From: Phoronis australis
Lineage: Eukaryota > Animalia > Phoronida
Direction: 5' to 3'
Assembly: GCA_002633005.1 (NCBI GenBank)
Contig: NMRA01000285.1
Coordinates: 1-64,000, forward strand
DNA: 64,000 nt
Under the pieces are notes generated by a model. It searched no databases and was not told the DNA's origin. It was given only the letters and a program-made list of their open reading frames with translations. Shown here piece by piece: positions 38,428 through 49,200 of the stretch. How positions within the stretch are numbered: position 1 is the first letter of the stretch; each line of letters begins with the position of its first letter. Both the position numbers and the translations under genes were made by a program.

Positions 38428-39264
38428 TATGACTGTACACTGCGGACTACATCTTGTTTTGGCTCTGAAATGAGAATGGCAACTCATGATACCTTTTAAT
38501 TTGAAGCTTCATAAATTTGTCTTCACTCACAAATGAAATACAAACACTGAGCTCTCAGAAAGCACGTGCCAGACGAACGCCACATTTGTACATCTGTCAC
38601 ATAGTATTACGTCTTTAACACCCATGAAATTACAAGTTTTCAGCCAATAAAAATGACCTTAGGTCTTACTTTCACCTTCCAAACTTGCAGAGGATGAAAT
38701 AAAAGATTATTTAAAAGCAATTAAATATTACAAAAACATCTATAAAATCAAGCATAGAAATTATTATGGATTTAAACTAGATACATTGAAGTTTTTCAAT
38801 TTCAAAATCATTGCTGAAAAGTAGTACTTTACAGTGTCATCTAGTTATTCTTAGCAGAATTGAACTTGTTAAAATTAGACAGTTGGACAATATCATAAAA
38901 TGTAAATAAAACAAAATGTTAATTTAATGAATTTATTGTTTTGTTACACCCTGTGTTTGTAAAGATGTCCTTAAATTTTGGAAAAGTGCAAAAGCAAAAG
39001 GTATTCAGATAAGACTTCCTAAGGTGCTCTGGAGTTTAAATAACAGGAGACTTAAAGAAAAACATATCAAGTTTCTGTTCTGCTGGAATCAACATGTTAT
39101 TTCTGCTCTGACCCGCTATATGTTTTGTGTTGAAAAAGCCGCTGCATGAACTGTGATGTGATTTTATTTAACACCTCTCTTTAAAATTGAAAAGAAGACA
39201 TTAAAATGCTAAATGAAAAGCTAATCAAGCTATGATCACTACTAAGGACCAGGATCTGATTTTA

Positions 39265-39506
39265 CTGGGCTTTTTGGGAACATTTTAGTGCTTTGACCAC
39301 AAATTTGTTGCGATCTCGCTGGAGCAGGACACCCTGAATGGTATTAGAAGAAAGAACAATTACTAATAGTTTGATGAAACCCTGTTTTGTGTAAATGTGT
39401 TGAGTTTTGTGTTTGATATGGACAGCTGAAGTGAAGCACCCGTGGAATTCCTTGTCCCGAGTGTCATACCTTGTAGTTGTAGTATTATAAATACTGTATT
39501 GGGAAC
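39265..39506. mobile_element. Older diverged arm of the same MITE family; its TIR tip resumes at 40210-40239
   Basis: Direct similarity to about 39950-40185 (GCTGAAGTGAAGCACCCGTGGAATT, GAGTGTCATACCTTGTAGT). Confidence 0.8.
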
Positions 39507-40209
39507 CACAGGCGTCCTCAGCTTCTGATCGTCCCCAATACACTACATAATATACTACAAGGTATGACACTCCCGACTAGAAATTCCACGGGTGCTTCAC
39601 TTCAGCCGTCCATAGCAAACATAAAACTCAATAAATTTACACAAAACAGGGGTTCAACAAACCATGAAGAATTGTTCTTTCTCCCAATACCGTTCACGGT
39701 GTCCAGTTACGGCGACTTCGTAAGAAATTCGCAGTCAAAGAACAAAAATGTTCACAAAAAGCCCCCACACACTTTCACCCTGGGCCCGTCGAGGTCAAGG
39801 ACGATACGGAAATTGCCGGTGAGTTACGGAAGTACTCAATAGTTTTTCTACTGGTGGCTAAGTGTAGTTATCGACATCGTGACTTTACGTGACAAACCGG
39901 CAATTCCCGTACCTTCCTTGACCTCGACGGGCCCAGGGTGAAAGTGTGTGGGGGCTTTTTGTGAACATTTTTGTTCTTTCACTGTGAATTTCTTACGAAG
40001 TCGCCGTAACTGGACACCGTGAATGGTATTGGGAGAAAGAACAATTCTTCATGGTTTGTTGAACCCCAGTTTTGTGTAAATTTATTAAGTTTTATGTTTG
40101 CTATGGACGGCTGAAGTGAAGCACCCGTGGAATTTCTAGTCGGGAGTGTCATACCTTGTAGTATTATATGTAGTGTATTGGGGACGATCAGAAGCTGAGG
40201 ATGCCTGTG
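39507..40209. mobile_element. About 700-bp foldback MITE, same TIR family as 10053-10150
   Basis: Arms about 39507-39820 and 39896-40209 are near-perfect reverse complements; termini CACAGG...CCTGTG; flanks TTGGGAAC and TTGGGGAC. Confidence 0.9.
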
Positions 40210-40799
40210 TTGGGGACGATCAGAAGCTGAGGACGCCTGCAGTGCATTCAGATTCCAGGCCATTTCCAGGGCAATGCAGTTGCCTAATCCCTGTTAAGCC
40301 GTTACGGTCAAGGACAACCAAAACGTTCAACAAAAGACCATCATCTAAGCCACTTATTTTAAAAGTCTGAGGTGCCATAGCAGCAGCGTTTTCAGTCAGA
40401 CTTTTAAAAATGGTCTCTGACTGCACTTGTCCTCAATCTGTGCTGATTTTTTACAAGCTACTGAGAGTGAGCTGGTAGGCCTAAGTTACGAACCATGAAA
40501 ATCAGTCCAGTACAATTATACGAAAACGCAAACAATGCAACCAGATAACAAAATACACACCTATCCCCACCAACCACAACAGTTCGGAATCAATGTAAAC
40601 ACTTGAAATGGCAGCTAAACTGCGTTGTTTGTGTATGTCGTAGACAGACAAATCTCCATCTTGAATAGTGTGTACCGTTGCTCAGGGTCAAGCAGTCACG
40701 TGATGAAGGTGAAAGGTTATCAGGGAGTTTAAATTTTGAACCACCAGAGGACGCTAGCAAGAAAAGCTTGGTATTCATTTTCACGAAAGACATCGCTCT

Positions 40800-41200
40800 A
40801 GTCTTTCACATATGGCACATCACATTTACAAATACAGCGAAAAACGGGTGATGAGGCTGGATCTCGCGAGATCATATCGGTTCGTATATGCGCCAAATAA
40901 ACCGCAAAAAAGATTCGTCACTGTTGTAATTTGAATGAGTTTTGTAGCAGTTAGGACTAAGTTCTTAAAAATGGTAATTGTAATTCTTCAAAAAGAGAAA
41001 ATCCGTATTTAGTGTCGACTCGTTTACATGTATGTATCAAAAGAAAGACTTATCTCACTTGTCATGCATACTCGGGGAATTCCCTGTCAATGGAATCCCC
41101 TAGTCTCCTACACAGACCCACGAGATTGGTTCACGGCGTGACGTCTTCCTGTGAGGCCCGGGAACCACGTTAGGTATCAGAGATCGTCTTTGCTGTGGGT
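40800..41200. promoter_or_regulatory. Candidate promoter region upstream of AGBL5
   Basis: Locally CpG-richer; palindrome GATCTCGCGAGATC at 40860-40873 (contains TCTCGCGAGA), GGGGAATTCCC at 41074-41084, TGACGT at 41139; candidate minus-strand donors near 40560 and 41058. Confidence 0.4.
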
Positions 41201-44200
41201 ATGTTCATTTTGCGGCTGATTTGAGAGCCCAACTAAAATAAGTTCAGTGCCCGGTAGTAAGTAAGTAAGTAAGGTAAGTAAAAGGTTTATTTAAAGTCGA
41301 TGTGGGTAGTAACAAAGAAAACCGTAGTATGAAGCTAGTCAAATAATTCCAAACTAAGAAGCTAAAAGTCACACACTGTACATAACGAGCTATTAACTCA
41401 TGTGCAGAAAAAAACAATTTTGAGTAATTTTAAATAATACAACCCAACTACAGGTGTCACAAAATGATAATTTGGGCAACACACAATAAAAATATAATGT
41501 AACTACGACTGTAACCCATACATTATACCTAGAAACACAAGATTGTACAAACACTCGAGAGTTAAGCATTGCAATCTGAGGTATACTCTCAATAAGTGCA
41601 GTCGCGAGAATATGCACCAAAATTGGTCAAAGACTGTTTCTTGTGGTCACTAACCGTTGAGTGGTGCATGTCTTCATGCTACTTGGCATTTTGCTCAATA
41701 ATTTAATTCCGTGATACTGTAACCATGCACTCCCAGCACCCCTCGCCTCCATTAAGACTGGGCACCCCACCGAGAAGGACCACTTAAAATGCCGAAAGGG
41801 TCACTTTAGCCACCCCCTCATTGCCCAGCCCGGCCCGGGTAGGACCGTGACGGCAAAACAAAAATCGACATTCGCCGGGCTGTTCAACGATTTGCGTTAC
41901 TCTGGCAACTCTTCGCTGTTGCGGTGAAAAACTCAACTTATCTCAAGGTCTTCCACTAACATGTGTCGAGTTGCAGAGGACTTAAAGTTACTTATAGCTC
42001 AAGGTCAAAGAGAGCGAAAATCATCAGGCGAGGCTTGGACCGGTTGTATTTCCCCGGAAATTGGGTCTCAATTATCTTATCTAAATGTTTAATTTTCAGA
42101 GCACTGGTAGATTTTGTTATTTCTTTCTGTCACATATTGTGAGCCCTTTTTTACTTATGACGTTTTTAAAATGTTTGAAAATTGAGAATCCCTCAGTCAA
42201 CCGGGTTAACGATCCTTTAATTACTGAGGGGACGGCATGAAATGGTCATTTTTATTTTCAATAACATTAAGTCACTAATTTATTGGAGTCTTGGTTTTAA
42301 GTGCGTCGGTTATGGTGTTTTAATAAAACCGCAATTTATTTACAAATTAATTGTTTGTTTTCTCGATTATACTTGTACACCCAGCTCTCTAGGAAGTCAT
42401 TACATGTAGGTGGCGATTGTTTCCACAAATTTAAATATTCACGGTTTTGATGAGACATGGCATCTTTACTTAGTTGCTTTGCTTCGTGTTGATCCGACAC
42501 TACCTCGGCTCCCACGTGATCTCACAGTACCCATTTCTTGGCAGCCCCAAATTCGCTAAGTTCATCAAATAGGCAGTTTTAAGATTCCTTCACTGAAAAG
42601 CAAGATACCTGGAAATTAGATTCTCGTCGCGTTCCATACCGTTTGTGGCTTTTCGGAACGCTCGTCGGAATCATAAGTCCTGCTCGAAGAAAGATCTCGG
42701 ACGACAGGTAACCTTTGACGAACTCGGTACACTTCTTCTAAAATGTAAATGAATACATATAAGTTGTGTCCATTTGGCGGAGTGGGCAAAACGCGGTCCG
42801 CTTCAGAGAATCTAAAAGACCGAGAAAACGAGATAAAAGTCCGCTATAAAGATGCAAACACACATTTCACAGCACGTACGGCTCCGATCTTGGTTCCTTT
42901 TTTAGTCAATTGACTACTTTGTTAGTAAAAAGTCCACACGACCAGGAATTCGAGCCCTCCCCCCCCCATGTTGAAAGCTGGGTGCGCGCATGCATTTCAT
43001 TGCTTACTACAAGATGTGGGTATTAGTTTGCTATCCCGGAGAACTTTGGCTATTAGTACTTCATGTTCGTAGAACAGTTGTCAAGTGAGGTTTTCTCATT
43101 GAAGAGGGCGAATAAACATTCCAGTAGCCCATCCCCGGTCGTCACCAACTAAAGTCGCTCCTCCGGGTCGGCGCACGGTTCTCCACCAGTGTTGTACTTC
43201 CGAAAACAGTTGTATCGAACCTTTGTCGTCACGAAGTTTTTGACGACATTTAGGCTTCATAATTAGTTTAACCCCCAGACCCGCCTCGGGCATAATTAGC
43301 TTAACCTCCAGACCCGCCTCTGGTTGTCAGTCTGTTGAGGAAAGTCAAGGGCAGCAAGCATTTTTTTTCCGAAGAGGAAGCGCTGGCGTCCATCTCCTGC
43401 GTCCTATGAGTAAATGTCTCAACGTAAACCAGACGAAACTAGTTAGCACCAGTATCGGAGACCGTAACATCTTTGTTACTACACTGGCGGAATAGGAGGG
43501 AGCGTCCTCTGACGGAGCATCAATTGAAACTTTTGGAAATCTTCCAAAAAAAACCATAGACGTTCCATTTATCAGCACAAAATACATCTTGGGAAATTCC
43601 TCATTGTCTCTGAAGAGCGCCCGGGGAAAATTAAAATGCCAACCTCTGAATGTGATGAGGTACATGTATTATTACGAAATAGTTTGCTATAGCGCTTGAG
43701 GTCTACTTAAGACTTTTTTATGTTGCTTCTCACCATAAGCACAGCTCTTTGATTCATGGCATTGCTGATGTTTTGCATTGTTAGATTTTTGCTTTGAATT
43801 ATTTTATACGGTGTTACTTTCCGAAAGTAAATAGACAGCTGAAAAATACAACCTCTATATGTTCATATTTTCTTTAATAAATACATGTGTATTCTGACAA
43901 GTAGACGGCATCAAACGTTTTGTTATAACTTGCTGGATCACTTATGTTTGTGGAACTGGGCGCCATGATCCACCATTATTGCGACAGGACTGTGTTGGCG
44001 TTCCGTGGGCGCAATTTATCCGCAAAAACGCAAAATCCCGCAAATGTCCATGGGATACCGCATACAATACTAGGAAAGCACGTGATATAATTAGATTTTC
44101 TCGCGCGAGTTGGTTCTACGAGAGCAGCCAGCCTCGTTAATCATGAATTTCCAAGCCTCAAGATGACTCTGACCGGTTTAGCCAATGAGCCTCAATATTG

Positions 44201-45932
44201 GTTATGGGAATTTCTTTCTGCGCAGTGATTGGCCGCTGCCTTGACGTCGTTGAAACAAAGGCAGATTTTAATTATTTTCACCGGCGTTGTTGAAGCAGAA
44301 GACATTGTCTTGGAAATAAAGGGTGTTGGCGTACTTACTTTCAATTCTTTTCCACTAATACTATCCTTGAAATTAATCTGTTTCTCATAACCAAACCTCA
44401 GGTAGCACTGAACAGTTTGAATTTAAATTTAAATACAGGGCGTGTGTTAGGTCTGGCCGGGCGGGTGGTTTGACCAGTGTTGAAAACCATTGCCATGAAA
44501 CTGATTTACTGGTGTTTTTGAATGAGAAAACCCAAGTTTTTTAGCCTTGACCTACTTTCGATACAAAATGGTGACTGTCGTTTGCTTTTAACCCCTGCTG
44601 ACTGAGTAAACGGGTGCGATTTCAAATGGCTGTCAAACAGATCAAAATTGCTAAGGTAAGGGGCGTACTATGACCACATTTTAGAATCTAGAGAGAACGA
44701 GAACTCGGAATCTGTGGTCAGATTTTTTGTAGAACTTGCAGGGAAGTGGTCAATTTGGAGAGAAAGCTGTCAAAGTTGGTGTCTTTGGTCCTATTTTTGT
44801 GTGCTGGTATGTTTTCCAGATGTGAATTAGCCGATTAAAAATCTGTAGCATAATTAAGTTTCAGTTTTCATGAGTAGTGCTTTTTGAGTTTGGAACACCA
44901 AAAAACATTTTGTTTGTTCAGACTCTCGATAAGGCTGTGAGATAAGGACTCGTCTTCACTTGGGTGTCAGTGTCGGCAGCCACAATCCTTTAATAACTGT
45001 AGTGTGCCTCCCGAATTGGCTAAACCGTTCGGCGCCATCTTGATCTTGGTTACGAGGCCGCGAGAGCAGTCTAATAAAGATAGAATACTGGAAGTCTTTG
45101 TTTAAAATTCATTAGATATTTATCCAGATTGTTGCACAAAAATGTATTCAGACATTTGAACTCTACGCCAAAGAACAAAGGAAAGTGTGTTAAAAAAATA
45201 GCCAAATGAACTTGACGCCCCTATTTGTATACGTGCCGTGTCGTTAATACAATGGTAATGTACAGGGGAAATTAATTAAGTCACAGAATTGGACACTGAT
45301 GAGGTGATGAGGGCTAATATTAATAAGACATCTTCGTGTAATTACTTATAAAGGCTTTTGCTTTGCTCTGAATGTTCATTCAGCAGACGGAATTCACTGT
45401 TTGCTGGTTGTCACGAAGTGCAAAAAGATATTCTACCATGTAAGAAAACGTTTCTACGCCAAGTACTAATTGGTTGACTGTTACCTCCGGAAATGTGTTT
45501 CTAAATCGCCCGAGCAAGTATGTCTGTACAAAGTCTGTCGAAACTTTTGTGCTGGAGCTAGAACCAATATGGATCGTCAGGCTAGCGTTGAAACGCTTAC
45601 TGAGCCCACGCTACTGTACTGGGGATGCTAAATGTCGCACTAAATTCTCCACAAATCGCGTTTTTGTGGCGTCTACGACAACGTTCCTCATTCCACCAGG
45701 TACATAAGTCACTGAGCCTTCACCGTTTCTCAGTTGCCACCAGTTACCCTCGGTATCGTACCCAGTTTCCTTAAGGGCCCTTATGAATTGTAGTCCCTTC
45801 TGATTACTCCCCGACTCGGATACCTCCCAATTATTTTTTACGTCCAGTCAATTGCCGAAGTTGAATCCCCACGCAGTCCATTATCTTATAACCTGAATTG
45901 TCTGCCACGCTATTGGTTTTGCTTCGTTTCAG

Positions 45933-46251
45933 GTTTTCATCTGCAGAATACACGTCATGCGAGTCTCTCGCCGAAACAACTCTCCTTTGCGTATGCAACC
46001 GTATGCTTGTCACTAATGAAGCTGAACTAGGTAACTCCGTCTGGGTTACTTTAAAGAAGATGGGACTGAAATCATTGTGTGTGATACCAACTAGGAATGA
46101 TGTGAACCGGCACTGGTGTGCGAAGATGAAGTCGTTGGGAATCATTGACGAGTATAACGCGGACACCTTGTTTCACGAAAAGGAGGATGGCCGTTCTGTG
46201 CAAGAAATTAGCACCGGAATAATCAACTGGCTTCAAGAGAGAAACGTCAAA
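45933..46251 (+). CDS. ATP-grasp gene exon (pre-ATP-grasp N-domain)
   Basis: SLAETTLLCVC...VWVTLKKMGLKSLCVI...IINWLQERNVK; gtatgt donor; acceptor AG ends at 45932 or 45946. Confidence 0.72.
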
Positions 46252-49200
46252 GTATGTCATAACTATCATCCAGGTATACGTACCAGATTACAAATATTGA
46301 TGAGTTAATAAAGCAAAAGAATATATGTATGATGGTAACACTACAGGCTCGGCTATTCAGAATTTACAGGGGTAATAAAACAATTATTTTCTCAACCAGG
46401 ACCATAAACCCTTCGTTAAGCTATGTATGGCTACACAGTCCAACTGACTCAGTTGCGTGACTAAGAGCAGGGTTCATCAAAATTGCTGTCGCTGACCTTG
46501 CATGTCGATTTCAAAAGGCCTATTGTGTGTGAACGACCCCCATGATTTACAACCGTCCGTAAAATTCTAAGCCACCATGCTGTGTAGTTACCCCCTCCAA
46601 GTCCAAAGTGACGAATTTTGTTGCGTTGGAAGTAAATGTGCATAAAACCTGTACCTTCTTTTTTCCCAGATGGCAGTATTGTAGTCCCAACCATTGCTGC
46701 ACCCATGAAACAGAAATTTTTTGTTATGTCGTCTTGCTCATACGTTTCCGTGTACGTAGTTGACCCTTTGTGTAATTCGGCAAAGGCATCGGTAGTTTTT
46801 TCTCGAGCTTTAAATAATTGCAGCTCTCAGCTTGTAAAAAAGACTCTCTAAACGTGTCTTAGAATTCCTACGTGATTAGTTTTTAACTTGCGCAATATCT
46901 CGATCTTTAACATAGCTATTGTTACCGTGGAATACCATGTATTTTTGAAAAAATGACAAAAATAAACTGTAGACAGTAGCATCGAAAATACCAATATGAC
47001 GAATGTTCTGACAACAGGTAAACGCGGGTTGCTTCTTCGGCGATTTCTCCGCTGTGGTGGGAGCTTATCTGTGCGAAGAACTTGGTATTCCGGGGAATAG
47101 CTACGAGAGTACTAAAGTGGCCTATTTGAAAGATGCTACTCAACAGTATGTGCTTAGAAGTCCTCAAGCTGCAAAGGTGAGAAATTTTCAAACCTTTAAC
47201 ACCTGATGCGATAGAACATTTATGCCTGTTCTCATATCCATATGATGCATCACAAAACCAAACAATTAAGATGAGTGATTAGGTGAGATCCTGTCGCGCT
47301 CGATTTCATTATTTAAATTTTAACTGACCATGCACACGTGAAAAACGCCGACCAATAACTTGAATCGTAAAAGGATTTATAGAATGAAAAACCGCGACTC
47401 ATATAGATCCTCTTAACTGACCCATAGGCCACCCACAGATTGGAGACCCTTTGCGTCAATTTGGCCACCATCATGTATTTTTCCTAAAGTTAGATTAAAA
47501 GGGGACTGTAGTCAAAATAATGTTGCAGTTAATCGGTTCTAACATACAAATAAAACTCACATTTGCCCGACTTGCGTGCCAAACAAAAGCCAATTCGTAT
47601 TCATGGTCAAAACACTGAATTCTGAAAGCGATCGCTGATTGGCTGATGTGTCAGTGACGTGAACGGCGGGGTATCGGCTGCTTTGCACATTCATTGCTTA
47701 TGTCATATTTGAAGAGTTTACATCGTAATTTATCATTGTATCAATCGTCCTTATTTTTTTATTGTTTGCCACAGTGCTGTAAAAGGTTCGCTATGCCTTT
47801 TTGTATGGCACCTGGTTGCTCAAACTCTTCGAAAAAGGCGTCTTCTAAAGGGATGGTCATCGCATACCATCGCCGGGTTACCCAAGCCTTGGCNNNNNNN
47901 NNNNNNNNNNNNNNNNNNNNNNNNNNNNNNNNNNNNNNNNNNNNNNNNNNNNNNNNNNNNNNNNNNNNNNNNNNNNNNNNNNNNNNNNNNNNNNNNNNNN
48001 NNNNNNNNNNNNNNNNNNNNNNNNNNNNNNNNNNNNNNNNNNNNNNNNNNNNNNNNNNNNNNNNNNNNNNNNNNNNNNNNNNNNNNNNNNNNNNNNNNNN
48101 NNNNNNNNNNNNNNNNNNNNNNNNNNNNNNNNNNNNNNNNNNNNNNNNNNNNNNNNNNNNNNNNNNNNNNNNNNNNNNNNNNNNNNNNNNNNNNNNNNNN
48201 NNNNNNNNNNNNNNNNNNNNNNNNNNNNNNNNNNNNNNNNNNNNNNNNNNNNNNNNNNNNNNNNNNNNNNNNNNNNNNNNNNNNNNNNNNNNNNNNNNNN
48301 NNNNNNNNNNNNNNNNNNNNNNNNNNNNNNNNNNNNNNNNNNNNNNNNNNNNNNNNNNNNNNNNNNNNNNNNNNNNNNNNNNNNNNNNNNNNNNNNNNNN
48401 NNNNNNNNNNNNAAACAGGTATCCCTTGTGACCCGAAATTTCACACTAAAATTTCTTATTCCGACAATATAAAAAACGCTACTTGATTGCACGCTAACAC
48501 AGGACAGTGACTTTGCCCCCGCCAAATACGTCACGAGACTAAGCAGCGCTCCAAGCCGGTAATTTTTTGAGCTTCGTTAGAGAACATAAGTTTAATTTTT
48601 GGTGTTGAATTATTTGTGAAATTAATCAACAATTCATAGAAAACTATCCAGAATTTATTCAGAATAAAATACAGTTCCCTTTTAAAGTCATCTGTAAAGC
48701 AGTTCGCATATTTAGCTCATAAAATCCGTTTGAGAAGGATAATGTGTTATACACATTTATGGAAGATTTACAACCCAAGATGAATGTGTAGCTTTCGTGC
48801 CACTGCTATTTTATCAAGTTGCTCGATTTCTTCACTAGCGACACACCCGATAATTAAAATGATACCAATCCGTATTTTACCCTACTAATAACTACCCAAC
48901 TTGATGAGCAAACTCTTGGTAATAGAATAATGTTCTGGGTCCCTCGTTAATTCTCAAAGAGTAAATTTGACAACAGCTTTGCAAAATGAGCATGACAAAC
49001 CTCACTAACCCTTCGGATTACCTGTATCTAATCGACTCGTCGAACCACACTATTTATTTTGTGAAACAATTTGGATATAATTGTCAGTTGAGATTTATTA
49101 ACACACATTCTCGTGACGTAATGTCCCCAACTGCCACCAATTCTGACCTCCATGAAACAGGCACCATTAGTTTCATGACTTCCATCATGCTGCGAATTCC

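Noticed and set aside
39262-40370. Paired near-identical ORFs on opposite strands
   Set aside because: Product of the MITE inverted repeat; no coding signature.
47694-48534. Long ORFs of 245 and 218 aa
   Set aside because: Mostly N-gap; only the THAP-like start is informative.
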